64,000 nucleotides of DNA from an uncultured Actinomycetota bacterium (GTDB lineage: Bacteria; Actinomycetota; UBA4738; HRBIN12), in assembly GCA_963750945.1 (NCBI GenBank), contig CAVVSH010000015.1, positions 554,215 through 618,214 of the forward strand, read 5' to 3'. This document shows positions 20,793 through 31,167 of this stretch, piece after piece. The position numbers and the translations under genes are program-made. How positions within the stretch are numbered: the first letter of the stretch is position 1; each line of letters begins with the position of its first letter. The notes under the pieces were generated by a model, which ran no database searches, had not been told where the DNA came from, and worked only from the letters and a program-made list of their open reading frames with translations.

Positions 20793-21739
20793 CGAGAGAC
20801 CAACACCCACACCCACACATCACGATCTCCGACCAAGATCCCGGCCTGCCCTACTCCAAGGGTCTGATGGCCTCACAGGTCATGGTCACGGGGCTCTCCG
20901 CCTATCGCGCCTATGAGGTGGCGGAGACGATCGAGATCCGTTTGCTGGACGAGGACAGGTCTTCGATCAACAGCATCGAGCTCTCCGATTTCGCCCTCGA
21001 CATCATCAGGGAGCTCGCGGGAGATCGCTACGCGACCAACTTCGCGCGCTGGCAAGACGTGCAGCGGCTGGACGTGCCGCTCGTGATCCTGATCGGCGGT
21101 GCCACCGGCGTCGGGAAGTCCACGATCGCCACGCACCTGGCGCACCGGCTCGGGATCGTGCGCGTCGTCGCCACGGATGGCTCGATCCGAGAGGTGATGC
21201 GGTCGATGCTCTCCGCCGAGCTCATGCCGACGCTCCACGTCTCGTCGTTCCAGACGGACACCGTCGTTCGGGAACCGACGCGCCGTTCCGACTCGCTGGT
21301 CGCAGGCTTCCGGGAGCAGACGGCGGCGGTCTCGGTCGGGATCGAAGCCCTGATCAAGCGCTCGGCCGCCGACGGGACGAGCATCGTGATCGAAGGCGTC
21401 CACGTGGTCCCGGGATTCTTCGACCTGGAGGTCCACGGTGAACGCATCGTGCCCGTTCCCTTGATCGTCGAGGTCGACGAGGAAAGCCGACATCTGACTC
21501 ATTTCGCCGCCCGGGAAACGGGCGTCCGTCCGGCCGAGCGTTACGCGCAGAACTTCGAGAACATCAGGAAGCTCCAGCGCTACGTCAAGAGCCAGGCGCT
21601 CTCCCACGGTGTGCCGATCGTGCCGAACCACAGCTTCGATCAGGCGATCTCGGCGGTGCTCGACCTGGTGATGGAGCGTGCGACCGCGCGGGCCGCGCAG
21701 CACGCGGACGAGCTCGGACGACAGGGGAGGACCGCGTGA
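20789..21739 (+). CDS. 2-phosphoglycerate kinase
   Basis: P-loop ILIGGATGVGKSTIATHLAHRLGI typical of the 2PGK family, with an N-terminal regulatory region and a length of about 316 aa. Confidence 0.65.
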   Translation: MTRDQHPHPHITISDQDPGLPYSKGLMASQVMVTGLSAYRAYEVAETIEIRLLDEDRSSINSIELSDFALDIIRELAGDRYATNFARWQDVQRLDVPLVILIGGATGVGKSTIATHLAHRLGIVRVVATDGSIREVMRSMLSAELMPTLHVSSFQTDTVVREPTRRSDSLVAGFREQTAAVSVGIEALIKRSAADGTSIVIEGVHVVPGFFDLEVHGERIVPVPLIVEVDEESRHLTHFAARETGVRPAERYAQNFENIRKLQRYVKSQALSHGVPIVPNHSFDQAISAVLDLVMERATARAAQHADELGRQGRTA

Positions 21740-22389
21740 GACTGTTCCTGGACACGGCCAGCATCGACGAGATCCGCGAGATCAACCGGTGGGGCGTGCT
21801 CTCCGGCGTCACGACCAACCCGTCGCTCGTCGCGAAGGAGGGTGGCGATCCGGAAGCGGTCTGGAAGGAGATCCTCGCGGAGGTCGACGGCGACATCTCG
21901 CTGGAGACCACGGAGCTCGAGGCCGGGCCCATGTACGAGCAAGGGCAAAAGCTCGCGGGCATGGCGCCCAATGCGGTCGTGAAGGTCCCGATGATCCCCG
22001 CGGGCTTGGAAGCCGGGAAGCGGCTGGCCGGCGAGGGGATCCGGGTCAACGTGACACTCGTGTTCTCGGCGGCGCAGGCGATCTTGGCGGCCGAGATCGG
22101 GGCGTACTGCGTCTCGCCGTTCCTCGGCCGGTTGGACGACGTCGGCTCCGACGGGATGAAGCTCCTGCACGACATCTGCGAGATCTACGCGGTGCAGGGC
22201 TACGCCTCGAACGTGCTGGCGGCCTCACTGCGCCATCCCATGCATGTGGTGGAATCCGCGCTCGCGGGAGCGGACATCGCCACGATGCCGTACGACGTCT
22301 TCACGAAGCTCGTGAAGCACCCATTGACTGACTCCGGACTGGAGCGATTCCTCGCCGACTGGCGGACGCTTCAGGACGAACAGCCCTAG
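21736..22389 (+). CDS. Fructose-6-phosphate aldolase / transaldolase family (Fsa/TalC, about 217 aa)
   Basis: Start MRLFLDTASIDEI, Schiff-base lysine context (VKVP) and short-type transaldolase length. GTG start preceded by GGGGAGG. Confidence 0.8.
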   Translation: MRLFLDTASIDEIREINRWGVLSGVTTNPSLVAKEGGDPEAVWKEILAEVDGDISLETTELEAGPMYEQGQKLAGMAPNAVVKVPMIPAGLEAGKRLAGEGIRVNVTLVFSAAQAILAAEIGAYCVSPFLGRLDDVGSDGMKLLHDICEIYAVQGYASNVLAASLRHPMHVVESALAGADIATMPYDVFTKLVKHPLTDSGLERFLADWRTLQDEQP

Positions 22390-22411
22390 CGAAAGAAGAA
22401 AGGCAGGGCAC

Positions 22412-24106
22412 ATGGACACCATGGACCGCAGCACCTTGGAGGGGAAGCTCCTTCCGGAGCTGCAGCAGATCGCGCAGACGATGGGGATCGAAGGATCCCA
22501 GCGTCTGCGCAAGGCAGGCCTGATCGACGCGATCGTCGAGGCCTCGTCGAACGGAGAACGACCGGACAACGGCGAAGCGTCGGCCCGTCCGTCCCGTGAG
22601 ACGGCCGTCGCGACCATCGACGGCGCCACCGGCGACGGCGCGACGACCGACATCTCGTCGGACGAGGGCACCGAGAACGACGCGGACGGCTCGTTCGCCG
22701 AAGCCTCGGACGAGCAGCAGCCGTCGGACCGTCGTCCGGGTGGCGAGGACCGCCAGCCGGACGACCGCGCGAGCGGTCCCGGTAGCTCGCGGCCCCAGGA
22801 CCGCGGCGAGCGGAACCAGGACCGCGGCGGCCCCCAGGACCGGGGCGACCGCGGGGACCGCGGTGAGCAAGGGGATCGCAACGACCCCCGCAACCGGCGA
22901 CGCCGTCCAACCCGCGAGGAGCGGCGGCAGCAGCGAGAAGAGCGCCGGGAACGCGAGGAGCAGGAGCGGGTCGAAGCGCTGAAGACCGCCCCGTCGGCGG
23001 CCGGCATCCTCGACCTGCTCCCCGATGGCTACGGCTTCATGCGGACCTCGGGCTACCTGCCCGGTCCCGACGACATCTACGTCTCGATGTCCCAGGTGCG
23101 CAAGCACCAGCTGCGCAAGGGCGACGTCGTGACGGGCAAGGTGCGCCAGCCGAAAGACAGCGAGAAGTATTGGGCGCTCCTCGAGGTCGAGAAGGTCAAC
23201 GACGTCGGGGTCGATGACGTCAAGGAGCGGAGGAACTTCGACAAGCTCACGCCGTTGTTCCCCGACGATCGGTTCCGACTGGAATCCGGCCCGACCGCGG
23301 TGACCGAGCGGATCATCGACATGATCGCGCCGATCGGGAAAGGCCAGCGAGGGATGGTCGTGTCTCCGCCCAAGGCGGGGAAGACCACGGTGCTCAAGCA
23401 GATCGCGAACGGCATCATTAACTCGAGCCCGGACACGCACGTGATCGTGCTGCTCGTCGACGAGCGGCCGGAGGAGGTCACGGACTGGCAGCGCACCGTC
23501 GAAGCCGCCGAGGTCGTCTACTCCACGTTCGACAAACCGACCGACCAACACATCCAGGTGACGGAGCTCGTCCTCGAGCGCGCCCGGCGTCTCGCCGAAT
23601 CCGGCAGGGACGTGGCGGTCATCCTCGACTCGATCACCCGTCTGGCCCGTGCCTACAACCTGGCGGCGCCGTCCTCGGGCAAGATCCTGTCGGGCGGTAT
23701 CGACTCCGGTGCCCTCTACCCGCCGAGACGGTTCTTCGGCGCGGCGCGCAACATCGAGGAGGGCGGATCCCTCACGATCATCGCGAGCGCGCTGGTCGAG
23801 ACCGGATCCCGGATGGACGACGGCATCTTCGAGGAGTTCAAGGGAACCGGGAACATGGAGCTCCGGCTCGATCGTTCATTGTCGGAGAAGCGGTTGTTCC
23901 CCGCGATCAATGTCGACGCCTCGGGAACCCGCAAGGAAGAGCTGCTGATGCCGGCCGAGGAGCTCGCGCTGGTGATCAAGCTGCGGCGAGTGCTCCACGC
24001 GCTCGACGTGGGAGCTGCTCTGGAGCTGCTGGTCGACAAGGTCAGGGCGACCAAGTCGAACGAGCAGTTCCTCAAGGAGATCGCCAAGGCGCCGTCCGGG
24101 GGATAG
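22412..24106 (+). CDS. rho: Transcription termination factor Rho with an actinobacterial N-terminal RD/RG-rich insertion
   Basis: Rho N-terminal domain, a low-complexity R/D/G/E-rich insert of about 150 aa, an OB-fold RNA-binding domain, and a RecA-type ATPase ([15 protein letters not shown]). Confidence 0.9.
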   Translation: MDTMDRSTLEGKLLPELQQIAQTMGIEGSQRLRKAGLIDAIVEASSNGERPDNGEASARPSRETAVATIDGATGDGATTDISSDEGTENDADGSFAEASDEQQPSDRRPGGEDRQPDDRASGPGSSRPQDRGERNQDRGGPQDRGDRGDRGEQGDRNDPRNRRRRPTREERRQQREERREREEQERVEALKTAPSAAGILDLLPDGYGFMRTSGYLPGPDDIYVSMSQVRKHQLRKGDVVTGKVRQPKDSEKYWALLEVEKVNDVGVDDVKERRNFDKLTPLFPDDRFRLESGPTAVTERIIDMIAPIGKGQRGMVVSPPKAGKTTVLKQIANGIINSSPDTHVIVLLVDERPEEVTDWQRTVEAAEVVYSTFDKPTDQHIQVTELVLERARRLAESGRDVAVILDSITRLARAYNLAAPSSGKILSGGIDSGALYPPRRFFGAARNIEEGGSLTIIASALVETGSRMDDGIFEEFKGTGNMELRLDRSLSEKRLFPAINVDASGTRKEELLMPAEELALVIKLRRVLHALDVGAALELLVDKVRATKSNEQFLKEIAKAPSGG

Positions 24107-24167
24107 GGAGCGTCGATCGGAGAAGGTCGCCGGCCTCGGTTACCCTGGAGGGCGAAGAGGAGAAGAG

Positions 24168-24395
24168 ATGAAACAGGGCATCCACCCCGAATACCAGATC
24201 GCCAACGTCCACTGCTCGTGTGGCAATACGTTCCAGACCCGCTCCACCGTGAGCGAGATCCGCGCAGAACTCTGCTCGAACTGCCACCCCTTCTACACCG
24301 GCAAGCAGAAGTTCGTGGACGCGGGCGGCCGTGTCGAGCGGTTCCAGCGGCGGTACGCGAAGACCCAGGCGGCCCAGCAGGCGCAGCAGGGCTAA
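24168..24395 (+). CDS. rpmE: 50S ribosomal protein L31 (zinc-binding type)
   Basis: MKQGIHPEY start with two CxxC pairs (CSCG and CSNC). Confidence 0.9.
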   Translation: MKQGIHPEYQIANVHCSCGNTFQTRSTVSEIRAELCSNCHPFYTGKQKFVDAGGRVERFQRRYAKTQAAQQAQQG

Positions 24396-24402
24396 CCGAC
24401 CC

Positions 24403-25323
24403 GTGGCGGAGGCAGCGGCCCCCAAAGCGGCGTCCCCGCGCAGCCATCTCTATGGCGGTCAGGCGGTCGTCGAGGGCGTGATGATGCGCGGCGCCGGGTT
24501 CTGGGCGATCGCCGTCCGTAAGCCGGATGCGACGATCCACGTCGAGTCGCACGAGATCGACTCGATCGTGCTGCGTTATCCGCTCCTCGGCAAGCCCTTC
24601 TTCCGGGGCATCATCGTGCTCGGGCAGTCGCTCGCGATCGGCATGCGTGCGTTGATGGTCTCGGCCAACCAATCGCTCGAGGAAGAAGACCGGCTCACTC
24701 CACGGCAGGTCGCGCTCTCGATCGTCCTCGCGCTGGCGCTGTTCATCGGGATCTTCATCATCGCGCCGACGACGCTCTTCGCGTGGTTCGAGAATCGCAC
24801 GGGCGGCGGCGGCGTCCTCACGCTGATGGGCGAGGGTGTCTTCCGTGTCGCGCTCTTCGTCGCCTATCTGTGGTTGATCGGCAAGACCAAGGACATCCAT
24901 CGGGTGTTCGAGTATCACGGGGCCGAGCACAAGACGATCGCTGCCTACGAACACGGCGAGGAGTTGCAGGCGGATCTGATCGATCGATACCCCAAAGAGC
25001 ACGTCCGCTGCGGGACCAACTTCCTCATCATCGTCATGATCATCACGATCTTCGTGTTCACGCTCTTCGGCACCCCGGCGCTCATCTGGCGGATCGTCTC
25101 CCGGGTGATCGCCATCCCGATCATCGCCGCCATCTCCTACGAGGCGCTGCGGTTCGGCGCGAAGCACCCGGGGTCGCTCCTCATGCGAGCATTGATGACA
25201 CCGGGGATCTGGCTGCAGAAGATCACGACCCAGCAGCCCGACCGATCCCAGATCGAGGTCGCGGTCACGTCCTTCCAGGAGCTGCTCCGCCGCGAGGCGG
25301 AGGCGACTGCGCCCGAGCGCTAG
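24403..25323 (+). CDS. DUF1385 family membrane protein (YqhQ-like)
   Basis: Conserved YGGQAVVEGVMMRG N-terminal block and multi-TM body. In-frame GTG at 24403 just after the rpmE stop. The track start at 24331 would overlap rpmE. Confidence 0.65.
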   Translation: MAEAAAPKAASPRSHLYGGQAVVEGVMMRGAGFWAIAVRKPDATIHVESHEIDSIVLRYPLLGKPFFRGIIVLGQSLAIGMRALMVSANQSLEEEDRLTPRQVALSIVLALALFIGIFIIAPTTLFAWFENRTGGGGVLTLMGEGVFRVALFVAYLWLIGKTKDIHRVFEYHGAEHKTIAAYEHGEELQADLIDRYPKEHVRCGTNFLIIVMIITIFVFTLFGTPALIWRIVSRVIAIPIIAAISYEALRFGAKHPGSLLMRALMTPGIWLQKITTQQPDRSQIEVAVTSFQELLRREAEATAPER

Positions 25324-25428
25324 CGGTCGAGATCCCCCGGCCCGAGGACGCAGTTCGCGTCAGGTCGTTGCATCGCTCGTTTCTTGCGCGAAGATGATGC
25401 GGTTCCCCATGACTCGGGAGGTTTCCCC

Positions 25429-26217
25429 ATGCCGACCAGCGACCTGGATATGCCGTTGCTGCCGAGCGCGGAGCAGATCCGCCGCCGAGAGTTCGCAACG
25501 GTTCGTCGCGGCTACGACCCGCAGCAGGTGCGCGCCTACCTGACCTCGATCGCGAACCAGGTGGGGACGCTGGAGCAGGAGCTCAGCCAGCTCCGCCTCG
25601 AAGTGGGATCGTCGGCGGCCGCGAGGAGCGAGCAGATGGCCGGCCCGGCGATGGGCGAGTCCGCCGCCGCGTCTGATGCGTCCTCTTCCGCCGACCCGTA
25701 CGACGCGTTGTCCAAGCGCTTCGCCACCCTGATCGAGATGGCGGATCAGGAAGCCGACCGGATCCTCGAGAACGCGAGATCCGAATCGACCCGAGCGCTC
25801 GACGAAGCGAGGAGCGAGGCCGACCGCATCAGGGTTGATGCGCAGGCGCACGCGGAGGAGGCTCGTCAGGAGGGCACGGATCTGCTGGAGCGAGCCAAGA
25901 CCGAATCCGATCGGCTCTTGATCGGTCTCGCTGAGCGTCGACGGGGTCTCGTCGCCCAGCTGGAGGAGATGCGCGGGAAGCTCATCGAGGTGGCGGACGA
26001 TCTCGCCGTCCCGATCGAGGAGGCCGCGCGCGCAGACGCGGAGGACGACGATCTCGCGGGCACGGCCACCGACGCCACCGATGACGCGGGCGCCACCGAT
26101 GCTGCGGAGACGCCCGTCGATCCTCGATACGAGGCTCTCTGGGTGCAGAAGGACGAGTCGCTGCAGATCCCGGACCTCGCGTCGATCGACCTGGAGTTCG
26201 ACGAGCCCGACGAGTAG
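25429..26217 (+). CDS. DivIVA domain-containing protein
   Basis: N-terminal DivIVA motif (EFATVRRGYDPQQVRAYL) followed by coiled-coil and an acidic tail. ATG 25429 preceded by GGGAGG. Confidence 0.65.
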   Translation: MPTSDLDMPLLPSAEQIRRREFATVRRGYDPQQVRAYLTSIANQVGTLEQELSQLRLEVGSSAAARSEQMAGPAMGESAAASDASSSADPYDALSKRFATLIEMADQEADRILENARSESTRALDEARSEADRIRVDAQAHAEEARQEGTDLLERAKTESDRLLIGLAERRRGLVAQLEEMRGKLIEVADDLAVPIEEAARADAEDDDLAGTATDATDDAGATDAAETPVDPRYEALWVQKDESLQIPDLASIDLEFDEPDE

Positions 26218-26258
26218 CGGTCGCAGGCAGCCGGACGGCGCCTGGGAGAATCGACGTC

Positions 26259-27371
26259 ATGGACGTCGAGGATCGCCTCAAGGAGATCGAGGCTCGCTTC
26301 GAGCAGATCCAGGCCGAGATGGCCTCGGTCGAAGCCGCGACCGACCACGATCGGATGCGAACGCTCGGCCAGCTGTTCGCCGAACTCGACCAGATCGTGG
26401 GGCCGTACCGCGAGTTCCGGCAGGCCACGGCCGATGCGTCGGAAGCGCGTGAGCTGGCAGCCGCGGAGGCCGACCCCGAGATGGCGGAGGCGTTCGACGA
26501 GGAGGCCCGGGGCGCGTCGGGTCGAGCCGAGAAGCTCCGCGCGCGCCTCGAGCAGCTGCTGGTCCCGAAGGATCCCAACGAGGGCAAGGACCTGATCGTG
26601 GAGATCCGCGCGGGAGCGGGCGGTCAGGAGGCGGCCCTGTGGGCGGGGGATCTGTTCGAGATGTACCAGCATCTGGCGGACCGGCGGAAGTGGAAGTCCG
26701 AGGTCTTGGCGTCCGCGCCGGCGGAGATGGGTGGCTTCAAAGACGTCGTGCTCGGGATCCGAGGACGTGATGCGTACGGTCGCTTGAAGCACGAGTCCGG
26801 TGTGCATCGGGTGCAGCGCGTGCCGGTCACCGAGTCCCAGGGCAGGATCCACACGTCGACCGCCACGGTGGCGGTGATGCCCGAGGCCGAGGACGTGGAG
26901 GTCGAGATCCGTCCGGAGGATCTCGACATCGACGTCTACCGATCGAGCGGTCCCGGCGGGCAGTCGGTGAACACCACGGACTCCGCGGTGCGCATCGTGC
27001 ACAAGCCCACCGGCATCAAGGTGGAGGTCCAGGAGGAGCGCTCGCAGCTGCAGAACCGTGAGAAGGCGATGCGATACCTGCGCGCCCGCATCTACCAGAA
27101 GGCCCTCGACGAACAGCAAGCGAAGGAGGCCGCGGCACGCCGGTCGATGGTCGGGACGGGCGAGCGCTCCGAGAAGATCCGGACCTACAACTTCCCCGAG
27201 GGTCGAGTGACCGATCATCGCATCAAGCACACGTCGCACCAGCTGGCGAACGTGCTGGCGGGTGGGGACGAGCTGGACGGCTTCACGGAGCGACTGAACG
27301 CCGCGGAGCGGTCGGCACAGCTCGCCGAGGTCGAGGAAGTGGTGCCGGCGCGGCCCGGTTCCGAGAGCTGA
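26259..27371 (+). CDS. prfA: Peptide chain release factor 1
   Basis: GGQ motif (GPGGQSVNTTDSAVRIVHKPTGI) and PxT-type decoding region. Confidence 0.92.
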   Translation: MDVEDRLKEIEARFEQIQAEMASVEAATDHDRMRTLGQLFAELDQIVGPYREFRQATADASEARELAAAEADPEMAEAFDEEARGASGRAEKLRARLEQLLVPKDPNEGKDLIVEIRAGAGGQEAALWAGDLFEMYQHLADRRKWKSEVLASAPAEMGGFKDVVLGIRGRDAYGRLKHESGVHRVQRVPVTESQGRIHTSTATVAVMPEAEDVEVEIRPEDLDIDVYRSSGPGGQSVNTTDSAVRIVHKPTGIKVEVQEERSQLQNREKAMRYLRARIYQKALDEQQAKEAAARRSMVGTGERSEKIRTYNFPEGRVTDHRIKHTSHQLANVLAGGDELDGFTERLNAAERSAQLAEVEEVVPARPGSES

Positions 27372-27372
27372 C

Positions 27373-28239
27373 GTGCGGCCGGCGCAGGTCGTTCGGCGCG
27401 CGGCCGAGTACCTGGAGCGCCACGGCGAGGAGAGCCCGGTTCCCACCGCCGAGCGGCTCCTTTCGCACGTCCTCGGAACGGATCGGACGGGGATCTACGC
27501 CCGGGAGGGGCTGACCTCGCAGGAGGCGAAGCTCTTCGGACGGGCGCTCTGCCGACGGTGCGCCGGTGAACCGCTCCAGCACGTGACCGGCGAGCAGGGA
27601 TTCCGCCGGCTCCGTGTCGACGTCCGACCCGGCGTGTTCGTGCCCCGACCCGAGACCGAGGTCCTCGTCCAGGTGGTCCTGGATACTGCGGCGGAGGTCG
27701 AGTCGCCGGTGGTGGTCGACGTGTGCACGGGGAGCGGCGCGGTGGCGCTCGCGATCAAGGACGAGCGGCCGGACGCAACGGTGTTCGCCGTCGACCTCTC
27801 GCCCGAAGCCGTGGCGCTGGCGCGGAAGAACGCGGAGACCCTCGGCTTGGCGGTGACGGTCTTCGAGGGGAGCCTGCTCGATCCCCTGCCGCCCGACCTC
27901 CGAGGCCAGGTGGACGTGGTCGTCTGCAACCCGCCGTACGTGGCGCCCGAGCAGCGTGACTCGCTGCCTGCCGACGTGCGAGCCGAACCGGAGCTCGCGG
28001 TCTTCGGCGGGATCGACCTCTACGAACGGCTCTTCGCGCAGGCGATCGCCTGCCTTCGATCCGGGGGTCTCCTTGCCGTCGAGATCGAGGAGAGCATGGC
28101 GGCGTCGGTCTCGGAGGCGGCCGAACGGGCCGGTTTCGAGGACCTCGCCGTGCGCCGTGATCTGGCCGGACGGGACCGCGTGGTGTGCGGGCGGCAGCCC
28201 GCGGCTCCTGTGACACCACGGCCGACGCGGCTGCGATGA
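27373..28239 (+). CDS. prmC: Release factor glutamine N5-methyltransferase
   Basis: NPPY motif (VVCNPPYV), SAM motif I (VDVCTGSGAVA), and position directly after prfA. Confidence 0.85.
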   Translation: MRPAQVVRRAAEYLERHGEESPVPTAERLLSHVLGTDRTGIYAREGLTSQEAKLFGRALCRRCAGEPLQHVTGEQGFRRLRVDVRPGVFVPRPETEVLVQVVLDTAAEVESPVVVDVCTGSGAVALAIKDERPDATVFAVDLSPEAVALARKNAETLGLAVTVFEGSLLDPLPPDLRGQVDVVVCNPPYVAPEQRDSLPADVRAEPELAVFGGIDLYERLFAQAIACLRSGGLLAVEIEESMAASVSEAAERAGFEDLAVRRDLAGRDRVVCGRQPAAPVTPRPTRLR

Positions 28240-28874
28240 CCTCCCTCAGTGGTCCTTTGCGTGACGCGGCGGCCGCCGCCCGCGGCGGTGAGTTGATCGT
28301 CTTCCCGACCGACACCGTCTACGGGATCGGGACGCGCCCCGACGATCCCGCGGCGACCGCGAGGGTGTTCGAGGCGAAGCGTCGGCCCCGAGATCTCGAG
28401 CTCCCGGTGCTGGTCGCCACGGCGAACGCGGCGCGAGCCGTGGCGGTCTTCGATGAGCGGGCCGAGCGCCTCGCGGGGGCGCTGTGGCCGGGACCGCTCA
28501 CCCTGGTGCTGCCAAGAGGGGCGGACGCGTCCGCGTGGGACCTCGGCGGCGACGACACCACCGTCGGCGTCCGCGCCCCACACCACGCCCTCGCGCTCGC
28601 GCTCCTCGCGGAGACCGGGCCGCTCGCCGTCACCAGCGCGAACCTCTCCGGCCGCCCGCCCGCTGAGACTTGCGGCGAACTGCAGACACTGTTCGGTGAT
28701 GCCGTCGCCGTCTACCTGTGCCAGGAGGGGGCACTGGACGGAGTCGCGTCGACCGTCATCGACCTCGCCCACGGGCCGGCGACGATCATCCGGGAGGGCT
28801 CTGTTCCTCGCGACGTGCTCGTCGCGGTCCTGCCGGAGGAATCGTCGTTGCTAGACTCGCGCTCTTCGTCATGA
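28236..28874 (+). CDS. tsaC: L-threonylcarbamoyladenylate synthase (YrdC/Sua5 family)
   Basis: YrdC motifs (VFPTDTVYGIG and ...SANLSG). ATG overlaps the prmC stop as ATGA. Confidence 0.8.
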   Translation: MTSLSGPLRDAAAAARGGELIVFPTDTVYGIGTRPDDPAATARVFEAKRRPRDLELPVLVATANAARAVAVFDERAERLAGALWPGPLTLVLPRGADASAWDLGGDDTTVGVRAPHHALALALLAETGPLAVTSANLSGRPPAETCGELQTLFGDAVAVYLCQEGALDGVASTVIDLAHGPATIIREGSVPRDVLVAVLPEESSLLDSRSSS

Positions 28875-29413
28875 GCGGGATCCTGGTGGTCTGTACGGGC
28901 AACATCTGCCGCTCGCCGATGGCCGAGGGGTTCCTGCGCGCGGCCCTCGTCCAACGGCTCGGCGGGGCGGCGCCGGTCGTCACGTCGGCGGGCACCTCCG
29001 GCTGGGACGGTTCCGGGGCGATGATCGAGTCGATCCTCTCCGCCGAAGAGCGCGGCGCCGACATCCGAGCCCATCTCGCGAGGCGGCTGACGGGCGAGAT
29101 GCTCGACGACGCCGACCTGATCGTGTGCATGGCGGCGGACCATCGAGAGGCCATCGTCGCCGCGAGGCCGGACGTGGAGGCGAAGACCTTCACGATCAAG
29201 GAGCTGGTCCGGCTGATGGAGGCATCCCCGACCGGAGGTGCCCTCGACGCTCGGGTCGCGGCCGCCGCGGCCGGACGGAACGGCGCGATCCACCCGGCCG
29301 AGGACATCCGAGATCCGCTCGGCGACCCGATCGACGGCTACCGAGAGGTGGCCGACGAGCTCCACGACCTGTCCGATCGCTTGGCCGCCGCCCTCACCGA
29401 GGACCCGAGCTGA
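28871..29413 (+). CDS. Low molecular weight protein-tyrosine phosphatase
   Basis: CX5R P-loop at the N-terminus (VCTGNICRSPMAEG) and a DP loop downstream. Confidence 0.8.
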   Translation: MSGILVVCTGNICRSPMAEGFLRAALVQRLGGAAPVVTSAGTSGWDGSGAMIESILSAEERGADIRAHLARRLTGEMLDDADLIVCMAADHREAIVAARPDVEAKTFTIKELVRLMEASPTGGALDARVAAAAAGRNGAIHPAEDIRDPLGDPIDGYREVADELHDLSDRLAAALTEDPS

Positions 29414-29859
29414 TGCGCGTCGCCCTCGGCGCCGATCATGCCGGCTTCCCGCTGAAGGAAGACCTGAAGACGTTCCTCCTCGAGGAGGGGCACGAGGTCG
29501 ACGACCACGGCACCGACTCCACCGAACCGGTCGATTACCCGGCCTTCTGCGCGGCCGCGGCGCGCGCCGTTGCGACGGGGGAGGCCGACCGCGCGATCGT
29601 GCTCGGCGGATCCGGTCAGGGGGAGCAGATCGCCGCCAACAAGGTGGACGGCATCCGGGCGGCGCTCTGCCATGACCTCTGGCTGGCGCGCATGTGTCGC
29701 CAGCACAACGACGCCAACGTCCTGGCGATGGGAGCGCGGGTGATCGCGTCCGCGTACGCTCGGGAGATCGTGCGCATCTGGTTGGAAACGCCGTTCGAAG
29801 GCGGGCGTCACACGAAGAGGCTGGATCAGGTCGCACAGATCGAGCGAGGGGAGCTCTGA
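29413..29859 (+). CDS. rpiB: Ribose-5-phosphate isomerase B
   Basis: RpiB/LacAB fold, start MRVALGADHAGF, catalytic Cys region, about 148 aa. Confidence 0.85.
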   Translation: MRVALGADHAGFPLKEDLKTFLLEEGHEVDDHGTDSTEPVDYPAFCAAAARAVATGEADRAIVLGGSGQGEQIAANKVDGIRAALCHDLWLARMCRQHNDANVLAMGARVIASAYAREIVRIWLETPFEGGRHTKRLDQVAQIERGEL

Positions 29860-29860
29860 G

Positions 29861-31126
<1,266 letters not shown>

Positions 31127-31167
31127 GACGCGATCCGGTTGCCGGACGGCAACCGCCCCCGCAGACT

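Noticed and set aside
22650-22990. Repetitive GACCGCGG / GACCGG nucleotide pattern that could be mistaken for a DNA repeat array
   Set aside because: It encodes the RD/RG-rich intrinsically disordered insertion of actinobacterial Rho. It is a protein-level repeat, not a CRISPR or other noncoding repeat.
24331-24402. Track start codon for the DUF1385 gene at 24331
   Set aside because: It would overlap rpmE by 65 nt and encodes [19 protein letters not shown]. In-frame GTG at 24403 just after the rpmE stop is preferred.
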